The translations under genes and the position numbers were made by a program. 64,000 nt of DNA, from positions 1,587,745 to 1,651,744 of the forward strand of contig CM082591.2 of NCBI GenBank assembly GCA_040954595.2. The letters are read 5' to 3'. Below, piece after piece: positions 1-11,300 of this stretch (position 1 is the first letter of the stretch; the number at the start of each line of letters is the position of its first letter). The notes under the pieces were generated by a model. That model saw only the letters and a program-made list of their open reading frames with translations, had not been told where the DNA came from and did not search any database. This DNA comes from Balanoglossus misakiensis. Taxonomy: Eukaryota; Animalia; Hemichordata.

Positions 1-154
1 TATTGCTTGAAATTATTTTATTTATGTTGAAATATTGACTGGCTCCATATGATCTGAAATGAAAACTGATTAATGGACAAAAATTGATAATTTAACTAGT
101 GACTGTGACTTTAGAATGGCGTGTAACTATGTTATATTTATTGTTTGTTTGTAG

Positions 155-1743
155 CTTACATGATCGTAAAATCTGTGCACTTGGACTTTGTACATTGATG
201 AGTTTGCCGTCGAGACCAGAAACTGTCAATTCCTTTGCATCTCAGTTTCTGCCAGCTCTCTTGCTAATATTCAAAGGACTTCACAGAGCCTATGAAAGTA
301 AGTACACATACTTGATACATCCAATTTCACTGTGATTTTTACAGTTAAACGTGTATGGCATTTTCTGCTTAAATATATATCGTACACAATATAAGATGTA
401 TTCTGTTCCTATCACAAATTATAACGTTCTCTTTTGTTGCATTGACAGGTAGGGCTCAGGCGGAGGAGGGGGACAGTGATGACGACGAGGAGGAAGATGA
501 GGAGGAAGATTACGAGGAAGTCTTAGAAAGTGATGAAGATGAAGTAGACGAGACGTCGCAGGAATACATGGATATGTTAGCGAAGAGGGTGAGTCAGTTG
601 CTTGCCTCTAGGTGGCGCTCTTCCTAACTGTCTGAACACAGCTGGAATGATAACTTTAAACTTGGTCCTTTTTTAAATAAAGCTGGTATATTCTCTAGAG
701 GGCGGTGTCCACTATGATTGCAATTTCTCCAGTGAGTAATTGACACAGGAAAAATTACAAGTAACATTTTGGCATAAGAATTATTGTTTCCTTGGCAACA
801 GAGTGGTGACAGGAATTTTGACGATGATGAGGAAGGCTATGAAGAGACCGCTCTGGAAAGTTACAACACGCCTCTTGATGATGAAGACTGTCCAATCGAT
901 GAATACATGGTATTTAAAGAAGTTTTACAAGGTAAAAAATGGCAGGATGTAAAATTGTTGAATTGTGAATCAAGCAGATTTGTTCATTAACTCCTTGACT
1001 ATCATCAGCCATATAATCTTCTATACCAAATAAGCTTCAGATTCATATGAATTTGCCTGCTTTGTGAGAAATCTTGTCAGAGCCATTTTGAAGTTCTTGA
1101 ACTGATGTCAGTCCTCGAATAGTTTATTGGTCCAGTGGGGACTGTGTCATTAACAATGATTTGTTCTTCTACAATAGGTTTACAAGTGCAAGATCCCAGC
1201 TGGTATAACGCCTTAATAAGTGGTTTAACTGCAGAACAACAATTGGAAATTCAAGAAATTGGGAAATTGGCCGATCAGAGGAAAGCTTTAGCAGGTAAGG
1301 TTTTGTGATGCCTTCTGTTTACCCCTTTCAACACAATGGTTTGGTCCGAATCCATTGTTTTGTATCAGGTTGGACCTTTATATAGAGGGAACTGGGGTGA
1401 AGGGTTTCAGGCTATGTATGTTATTCTATCACTTTCATGACATTTGACCAGTTTTGGCATTTCTGTTTGAACAACAAAACTTCTATATGAGCCAAAATCC
1501 AGAAGCATAAATCTTATAAAAACAGTTTTGTTGTTACTCTTTTCCCATATGCCTTTAGACAGATTTTGTTGCAAAAATATTGTCTGAAACATTTTCAGCA
1601 AATAGAAGCAATTATAATAAAATGCATTTGTTTTTGTTTATTTGACAGAGTCTAAGAAAATCAAGGAAGTTGGGGGGTATCAATTTACACAGACAGCCGT
1701 GCCTACTGCGTTTCAGTTTGGAATGCCTCCACCACAGCAGTGA
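155..1743 (+). CDS. IPO7: Importin-7 (importin-7/8 family), 3' coding exons 155-297, 449-588, 802-931, 1178-1294, 1649-1743; 5' part lies outside the window
   Basis: GT-AG bounded, phase-consistent exons translate to [12 protein letters not shown]...GLHRAYES, an acidic DDDEEED tract, [30 protein letters not shown]...LADQRKA and [13 protein letters not shown]...FQFG, ending in TGA at 1741-1743. This matches my recollection of the importin-7 C-terminus. Confidence 0.93.
1318..1406 (+). mobile_element. Short dispersed MITE-like repeat with (TT)AACCCTTT...AAGGGTT-type ends; related copy in reverse at ~43880-43938, weaker one at ~7002-7068
   Basis: acccctttcaacacaatggtttggtccgaatccattgtttt (1321) resembles the reverse complement of 43880-43938 (ttaaccatctcaccaccatggtttggtccaagcccattgtttt). 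The ends are imperfectly inverted. Confidence 0.4.
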
Positions 1744-2927
1744 AGACAACCCCTCAGATATCACCCTGCCCACCCCTTGATACAGAATAACCTTGTCCTG
1801 TTAAAATAAACAGAACATACCATTATACCTAATTGGGGAAGGAAGACCACTGAATGTGGGTGAAAACAAGGAAGTCTTAAACAACTTCAAAGATATTTTT
1901 ATCTGTTTCTTCCAAAGAATTTTTTTGTAAAATAAATCTGAAGAAACAGTAATCTTTAGGTGTACAAGAGAATTATTCTTTAATATTGTGTTAGAAATAA
2001 AATCAGAATAAAATTCTTCCAGAATATTTCAGAATGGAATTAATTTCCAAGTAAAAGAGGAAACATATATATGGGTTTATAATGCGGCCATTTGAATCCA
2101 CTTAGAAACTGCAAATTTTAAAACAACCAAAACTGAAAGTCAAAGTCCAGAATTCACACTAATAGTCACAGCCATCTACCCAACGGTGAATTTTAATAGA
2201 CATGTGAATTTTAGCCTGGACTAAAATTCAGATCTCAATGATAAGATTGCACTTGCATGATACTTACTTTGCTGACAATGTGAATACTTGGCGTTTTTAA
2301 GATGTTTTACAAGCAGACCAAGAAATTGTCTTTGCGCAGACCAAATAGTGAATAAATCATCAAATGGTCATAGCTACCGGCCCTTTAACCAATCCTGTAG
2401 TTTTCTGTCTTGAGATTCAGCATAATGATGTGAAAATCAAATAAACAAAACTATTTATCACATGAAACTTTCTTGAGATAGGATTATTTCACTTTATTTA
2501 AAACTTTCAAATGTGTGAGCCCATGTTTTTTTCTGCTATCATGTTATTTTTGCCGGAATGTGAGAAGCAAACAGATATATCCAGTGTTTGTTGCAATAAA
2601 ACCAACTGAATGTTACTGTTCTTTTCATTGGCTTGTAATGTGTATCTATACCAATCTTAACCAATCACAAGCACCGTTTTACATCTACCTTCAAACCATC
2701 TCATGATCTTAGTAGTTTGACCCTGGACATTTTTTTAGTCGAAGATTGCCATGGTATCAACCAGACAGAATAATACTATGATAGTTCCATTTGACCTTTG
2801 ACATAGCAGACAACATACAGCAAAGCTTCATTTTCCTGTTTCTGAATTCAGAATTTTGTTTGAAATGACAGACGAGTTTTATTCTGATTTACTGTAACCT
2901 AGTGACACCAGCATTGCTACCATTTGT

Positions 2928-2933
2928 AATAAA
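2928..2933 (+). terminator. Candidate poly(A) signal of IPO7
   Basis: AATAAA followed by GT/T-rich sequence (tgtttttctgagtgtttatgtctgtgtgggg). Other AATAAA sites occur earlier in the UTR. Confidence 0.5.
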
Positions 2934-3098
2934 ACTTTGAACCGAACATGTTTTTCTGAGTGTTTATGTCTGTGTGGGGTATGTGTGCAAACGATTTAGA
3001 TGTTAGCTTGTTTTGCAGGTGGTTTTTTTTTTTTTTTTTGGGGGGGGGGGGTGAATGCAAACATCAAACACACAGGTATTGGATTTTTCACATTCTCA

Positions 3099-3104
3099 TT
3101 TATT
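3099..3104 (-). terminator. Candidate poly(A) signal of paralog 1, tail-to-tail with IPO7; conserved in units 2 and 3
   Basis: tttatt on + (AATAAA on -) lies just inside the unit boundary. It is repeated at ~16878 and ~30478. Confidence 0.45.
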
Positions 3105-4538
3105 ACATGTAGATATATGTTGCAAACTGACTTGTTTACTAGTGTAAGAGACCTACATAATTGTTAATTAGGTTCTACAATGTCAATCATGAAAATGTGC
3201 TGACCTGGCTGTCAATCATGGGATTACAAACGTCCAATTCCATCATAAATTCTTGCATTCAGTAAAATGACTTAACAGTACTAACACGACTTTCAGCCAT
3301 TGAATGATGGCTAATGATGAAGTCAAGGTGCCATATACAGATGCACTTTCTCAGCTAAACATTCAACTACATTTAAAGTTTAAACAAATTAAAAAAAAGT
3401 AAATACAAACAGCATGTGATTATTTGCAATAAAAACTCAAAATAACACGATAAACAACTTTATACTAATTGTTTACTGACTATGTACATTTTAGTAACGA
3501 AAATATCAACTAAAACAAAGAAAGCATGCTAGAGTATCATACAATCTGCGCAAGTCATCTTTGCTTGCCAAAGCTGCATGTTTCTATCGGGCAAAAGGAC
3601 AGTGGCCTCAAAACATACAGGACGATCGAGGATGGCTGTATTAACGCTTTTCAGCCAGACAGCAAAATTTTACTCCTTTAAATCGACTAAATAAAAAAAC
3701 AAACAAACTTTCTGTACAAACTGCAAAGTTACTTTTCACGCTAGTCTCATCGAGCTCTAAGTGCGCCCTCTACACCATTAATCAAAAGTGGATATGCAAA
3801 TCATGGCGGTAAAACTTCGCCGTTCACATGGTTCACATCCCTTGTTCATATATATTTGAAATAACAACAATTTTGGACTACAGAATGGAAATATGTACAA
3901 ATTACAATACAATATATATCAGGCGATTTACAGGTAAGTTTTTAGAATCATTTTGCACACATAAATTGATGAAACGCCTTCATCCTTTCGGATGCAATGG
4001 AGATCTGATGGGAAATGGACAGGTCTCACATCATAACTTTCAGACCCCTCCATGTCAAAATTCATAAAAAAAACGAGTAAAAATACTCCAAAACGACTCA
4101 GATTTGGATTGTTTATACTCGTTACATGAAGGGACTGTAGGCTGAAATAAGTTTCTTTCAAAAATGTCTTTGTAAATGTGGAAAAAAGAACCCAATTTTT
4201 GATTGTTTACATTCCAAGTGACGGATTGCATTCAGTTTCAAACAGTCTTGTCTCAAAATCCCTCAAAATAAACTGCAAAAATGACTCAAAACACCCTCAG
4301 TTTATATTGCCTCCACTCAGTGGATGTAGCGACTGCAATTAATTTCTGTTTTGAATTTTACTTCAAAATGTGGAAAATAACAAAAAATTGTGAAAGTGAC
4401 ATTGGTTCATTTTGTACTTTGTTGCCATGGCGTGCAATCAACAACAGTCGGAAATTCATCGACGCAGCCTCTAAATTTTCTCCCAAATTTCACTTTTTTG
4501 ATGTCGTGTTGACATGCATTTCATGATGATGTTTATGT

Positions 4539-5350
4539 CTACTTGTGGAATACTTTGATTTGGTCGCTTTTATACTCTCTAACAGCAATTCTGTCACCGC
4601 TGACTGCAAGGAACTGAGGGCCTCTCACCTCACCTTCAAATAAGTGACAGATCCACTCTCCATCAAATCTCCATTTCACAATCCTATCATTCCCATTATC
4701 ACACACAAACAAATTATCGTCGTCATCGACGTCAATGCAGACTGGATACACCAGCTGACCAGGACCTGAACCTTTCACACCAAATTGATACAAGAATTTC
4801 AATTCAGCATCAAAACACTTGATGCAGTGATTGAGACAGTCAGACACCATGATGACATTCTTACTGTTGACCACCACAGAGTATGGGGAACGGAATTGTG
4901 TTTGGCCACCACCTTCACCACCAACCTCTGCAACATACTGACCATCTTGGGTGTACTTGAGTAGCCGATCACCTTTGACCTCAGTGACCAAAACAAATCC
5001 ATTCAGTAGAGCGATGCCCCAAGCATTGACGCCTGCAGGTAGAGTAATTATTCTAAGAATTTTATTGTTTTGATCACAAACAACAATTTGAGAATTTCCA
5101 TCATCACTTATGAAGTAGATGTTGTCATGGGAGACAGCTACATCCCATGGCTGGAATGGCTTTGCAAACTGACCATCAAAACTTCCCAAGACTTTGTCAC
5201 AGGTGTAATCTTGATTCAGTATCTGTACAACCTTGTTGCCTTTGTCACACACCACCAGTTTGTCACCATGGAACACCATACCTCTCGGTTCTTTAAACTT
5301 TCGTCCTGGCTTTGGACTTTGGCCATCCAGTGTCCTCATTGACCAGTGAC
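4539..5350 (-). CDS. Terminal exon of paralog 1: six-bladed NHL-repeat beta-propeller (TRIM2/3/71-like C-terminus)
   Basis: Repeated F/L-x-x-P-x-G/D/S-hydrophobic...V-x-D-x-x-N-x-R/C-I motifs, e.g. FKEPRGM, FRSPYSV...VSDCLNHCI, GSGPGQLVYPVCI...VCDNGNDRI. Acceptor cacctaacag|GT CAC. Confidence 0.92.
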
Positions 5351-8300
5351 CTGTTAGGTGAAACAGAGGTCAAAGGTCAAACATGCTGTATTGAAATGCA
5401 TTAGGAATATGCTAGAGTTAGTGTTTTATTGTTCATTTTAATAAGAGAAAACATATTACAAAAGAAACAAATCATTGCTATGACAACTGAACTACTAAGA
5501 GGTAGTTTTTCTACAAAATGTTTACAGTGACAAATCACCATGGCAACCATAGTAACCATGAGTTTCTTGAACTATTTCTTTTTCTCTGCAATATAGCTAG
5601 GAGGAAATTTACTTTGTCTCTTGTTGACAGCTTTGCTATAATATACATGAAAGACCATCTTATTTAACCATTCAATAGATATACTATCATTGATGTTGCC
5701 ATGGTAACACATTCAATGAAATCAGTTCAAAAATAATCTTTTACTTGTAACTTTTGACTCGGTAGACATTTCATAACAATTCTTGAACTGATGAGTTTCA
5801 GGGATATGGTCCATTGTTTTCATGAAAAAAACGTATGATGGTAGCATTGTACACTGGTAACCATGACAACTGAACCTCAATATCTTTTGTAAAACATTGG
5901 CAATGTGCTAAAGTTAGTGTTTTAATTTAACTTAAACCTTTTTTTTTTTACAAATTTAGCGAGTTATTGCCATGATATATTTGTGCCAACGTACTCTATA
6001 TGTACACATTTTCCAATACCAAGTAACCATGGAAACTGGACAAAACGTTAATATCAGTTACTAATTCTATTTTTTATAACAAGTAACAGAAATATTACCT
6101 GAAATTATCACTTTATTTATGGTCTTTGTAACCCATAAAAATTTGTTCCTATTCAACTGCTCAATGGATTTAGTGACAGTATTGTTGTCATGGTAACACA
6201 TCTTAACAGATCAGTACAGGAATAATCTTTGCCTTGTAATTTTGGAATTAGTAGGTCTTACATAAAAATTCTTGAACAATGTATTAAGGATCATTGCCTA
6301 CCTTATACTTGTAGCTTTTCAGTGCCAAGAAACCAGGGCAACACCAATTTCTGAAACTATTCCTATTGCTTTGCAATATAAAGAAAATATTTCTAACTAT
6401 ATGTACTATCAGTAATGTTGTTGTGATATAGGTTTTGTTTCTTTTTCCAGCCAACCAGATATGGTCTGCTTTTAAATCAGTAATTGTCATATTGGTGAAC
6501 AGAGAAAAATTATCTACTCCTTAGCTGAGAGGGCTTGTACTTTCTTTGACCAGGTGAGTATTTTTGTGAATAAACCCTTGAGAAAATTATTGGTGTAAAC
6601 CTTTCTAACTTTAGAGAATTTACTGGAAAGTAAAATGCATGGTTGGAAATTTAGTGATATATTTTTTTGCAAGAATAAACCCTAACCACTTATATAGTGA
6701 CATCATTTCAGATGATCTGAGAGATGGAAAACCTGCAGTTACCTAGGATGAGTCATGATAAATAGTCTGTTTCAACACCACTGGCTGTTCCAGATTGTCA
6801 CTTGGATAAAAAATTGGTAAGTTCGTAATTTGAATTACCTTTTTTGATTATTTATAATCATTACAAAATTAAAGTTTCTTGATATTGTGGAATATCTACA
6901 TTTGACAATTCCAAAGTCAAATGAAGAAATTGAATTATAGAAATTGAGCATTTTCACCCTGGACCAGAGTTGTTGTATTTCTGGCCACTGTTACAAAGAG
7001 TGAACCTTTCACCCCTTTCTGTTGCATATGGATTCAACCATACCAGTCAAAACAAAGGGTTGAACCACTGTTCTATTTTATATTGCTTTATGCTGTCTGT
7101 ATCTGCAAATAATCAGCCTACTTGTACATTGGATATTTACACACAAATTGGGTCACAACTTTTTCTTTTTTCCATTCTGGCACACCTTGATGCTCCATCA
7201 AATGCTCTGGCAGAATTGATCATAACAACCTAATCCACATGATATTGATATTGAGTAAATATCTGCACGCATTTTGATGTTTTTATTTTACAGACAAAAG
7301 TATTCATCAATCACCAGACAGCCAATCTATTCTTGCAAAGAATTATTGAATTCAAAGATGACAAGGTTGGTATCTTCTGACGTTACTTTGTTTATGTTTG
7401 ATCAAGTGAAAAGTTACTTGCAATAATTCTGAACTCTCTGAATTGTTGGTGACCAGACCTCTATTCTCATCTTGCCTCATACTTGTAAACATTTGCGTTG
7501 TGATGTCAAGGTTTCTGGTAAGTGCCATAAATGTTTTGTCTTCAAGTTTTGTTATATTATACATTTACACACAATGCAGTTTGGTAGTACCGGTAGAAGT
7601 CTGGCAACCAATGATTCAACATTTACTTGAAGTTTTGAATCAACTGGTCCCTGGTTAGTATCAACACATGAGAAGTAATGCACATACCTGTTTTAGAAGA
7701 TTTTGCTGAAACACTGGCTCCCTTTGTATCCTCAGATATCTCTTTACTTCCTGTAGTGGAGAGATGACTTAGACATTAGTTTTACTTGAAGTTTTGAATC
7801 AACTGGTTCCTTATTATCAACACATGTATTCAACTGTTATTTTCCAACACTGAGATGAAATGTGCATACCTGTTTTAGAAGGTTCTGTTGAAATACTGGC
7901 TCCCTTTGTATCCTCAGATATCTCTTTACTTCCTGTAGTGGAGAGATGACTTAGACATTAATTTTACTTGAAGTTTTGAATCAACTGGTCCCTTATTATC
8001 AACACATGTATTCAACTGTTATTTTCCAACACTGAGATGAAATGTGCATACCTGTTTTAGAAGGTTCTGTTGAAATACTGGCTCCCTTTGTATCCTCAGA
8101 TATCTCTTTACTTCCTGCAGTGGAGAGATAACTTAGACATTAATTTTACTTGAAGTTTTGAATCAATTTGCCCCTTTAGTAGTATCAGCATACTGATATG
8201 TACTTAACTGTTGTTTTCCAACACTGAGATGTAATGGACATACCTGATAAATCTGTTTTAGAAGATTCTGCTGAAACACTGGCTCCCTTTGTATCCTCAG

Positions 8301-11300
8301 ATATCTCTTGACTACCTGTAGTCTCAGTTCCATCGACTCCTTCCGTCATCACAGCCTCAGTGTCTTCTTTTCCCATTGTCTCCGGTTGTGGATGTCTGGC
8401 TTTCTCAGCTCCTGTTTCTTCTGATGCCATCTCAGGTTGCATTGATGCTGGTTTCACAGACTCATCTTCATCTTTTGTAGCCATGGTTACAGGTGATATG
8501 TCTCCTGTGTCATCTTTCTTGAGAGGCACATCAGATGGTGTGAGTTTGCCTACAAATATTTGAAATTAAATGTTAAGTACCTGGTTAATTCTTACAACAA
8601 TGAAAACTTGCATTTTTTTATAATCTATGTGAGCTGGAAGATTTTATTTGACCAAGGGTTTCTTGATGCAGGAATAATCGAAGCAGATTTATATCAATCT
8701 CACCTTGTTCTATTTCCAACTTTGCATCTTCTTCCAGTTGAAGAGTTATAGCAGTTTTCAGTTGCAGCTCTGCAGTGTCAGATTGCTCATCCTGAATTTT
8801 GGATAATTTTGACATTAGCTCAGTTATGGTTTGTTCTTGTTGTTCAAGTTTAGATTCCAACTTTTGGATGTGTCTAGGGTCTAATTCTTCCAATCTTTGC
8901 TTGAGGGAAATGACATCCATAAGTTGTGTGAAAGCTACTTTTTCAGTTTTTTCAAGTTTCTGAACACAATCTTTGTACTGCTTTTCTAAGAGGGACTTTT
9001 CCTGAATTGCTTCTTTCAACTGATTCTCTAGAATTGTTTTCTCTGTCTGCAGTTTAGTGTTTTCTCCAACTAGCTTTCTCTTATTCTCAACTGACTCAGT
9101 CTGCAGTTTAGTGATTTCTCCAACTAGCTTTCTCTTATTCTCAACTGACTCAGTCTGAATTTTGGACTTCTCTGTCAGGGCCCCATCCAACTGTTGTTTT
9201 AGTTCTTTGAGCTGCTTTGCACTAGCTTCAAAGGGCAGTAAGCTTTTTGCTTGTAAGCTGATAGATTCAGCTGGTATGGGATCAATTGGTCTGCCATGTT
9301 GTATGATTTCTTCTTCTAACTCTGAAATGGAGAATGTAGATAAATATGTCATTGATATCAAGTAACCTCGGACATGTATTAAGTTCCATAATTATCACAC
9401 ATAGAGAATGATATTGCATAACTATTAATAAAGTTTTATTCATGTTGCACAGTGCATAGCTGTGTATGTTCCTATTTATTTTTTGTTACAAAGTGCAGCA
9501 AACATACTTCCCTTTGTAAAGCAAATGTGCTGTTTGCATCATATTTGCGAATTACCTGATTCACTGAAATCCAATCTTTCTGTGTCAGTCATAAGATACC
9601 TTCTAACACCCAGTAACTCAAAGACTTGAGGTCTGTGAGATAGGATATGCTGAACTTTCTCGGTCATTTTCACTGTAAGTTGTATGATGTCACACTGTCT
9701 TCCTTTCTGTCTTTTACACTGCTCACTGTTGAGTATCAGAGGTGCATATTTGTCAGCTGACTTCTGAATTTCTTGTGTCGGATCAATCTCAAGGAACAAC
9801 AACCTGGATAATATCCCACCTGCAAAATACAAACAAAAGCAGATTTTTAGTCTTGGCACATCAATCTTTCAAACATGAAATCCAACTGGTGATACAGAAA
9901 GAACAGATGGTATACTGTGCAATGTATGGTAGAATGTTAATGTTGGCTGACAATTGTTTCTTCCATCATTACAAGTTAACAATCCTAATTTATTTTAAGG
10001 AGATATCAATTTTTATGGCCACAACAAAATCCTTCCTACATGTACATTGTTCATGTGGTAAAAAAAGAGTATTGTGTAAGTGCAACGCCAAGTCAAATGT
10101 GTATCGTCAAGGAAAATTTGGATATACAAAATGTATGTGAACACATTTTATGCCAGTATTTTTCGAATCTTTGAATATTTATGAAGCCTAAATGTGCATT
10201 TTGTTGTCATTGACTGAAATGATGGTAAAATCACTCACTTTGTATCAGGCCAGTGTGTTCAGTATCAGAATCTTTTTCTGTTAACTCCCGTTGCAAAGTC
10301 AGGTGTGTTCTGTCAATCTGAAATTGGAAGAAATGAACACTTTTATTATTTGACAACTATATATAAAAAACATGACCACATGATATAATACCCATCACTC
10401 AAATACCACACAGTCGATCACCAGATTCGCAACAGGTCAACCAGTATTGACCTGTGCAGCTGATATTGCTCTTGAAGACAATTATGCAAGAGCAGCTTGG
10501 CTTGCAATTGATCAGGTGTGGCACTTTAAGGGTTAAAGTTACAAAGCATACCTCGGCCAGTATCTCATTGACATATTCCTCATCAACGCTGTCATCACAT
10601 ACCACTGGTCCTATTCCTCCACCATCTCCTGAAAGATAATAATACAATAATATATTTACATATTAGTAGATATGTTAACCATTAAATCTTTATCAAATCA
10701 AGTTCTGCTGTTTAATAATTCTATCATCTATGATTTCAGAGTAATGTGTGTCTCTTTGGAGAGCATTTAACCCATCAAGTGCTGTTCTTAACAATCGATT
10801 CATAGTAAATTGTCCTGAATTGTATTTTTTTTCTGGTTTGATAGTCTGAGAGTTTTATAGCATTATCTGATAAACAAAACTTACTGTTCAAAAAGTATAG
10901 TTCCAGTTCATCAAACCTGGCTTGGTCATATGAAGCTATCAACTGTAGTGGAATTCCAGCTGTGTTGGCCTCTGTCATTTCATCTGTCATCAAGATTGGT
11001 TCTAATGCCTTGGCTAAACTTCTTGAATCTTCAAGACAGCTTCCCCGCAATCTGTAGAGATTATAAAGTCTACGCATGTTGGCTGTGATTTGCAGAGACC
11101 CTGTTTCCATACTGGTTATGTCCACTTCACCCAAATTCTCAGTGCAGACTTTATTGACTTTCTCAGTGTCATCACTGTTGGATACCACATCAGATGCTCT
11201 TCTCTTCAACTGTTGTTGGCAGTTGTTCCAAGCTGTAGATGCTGCCTGTTGCCTTTCCTCATTCTGGCCCTCATTTTCTGCTCGATGTTGCTGATAGGCA

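Noticed and set aside
3325-4530. Possible non-autonomous DNA transposon in the 3' UTR of each paralog
   Set aside because: The composition is suggestive, but I could not find matching terminal inverted repeats or a target-site duplication.
4539-5350. Labelling the genes TRIM2/TRIM3/TRIM71
   Set aside because: Only the NHL domain and a coiled coil are shared. No RING, B-box or filamin motif was found in any exon.
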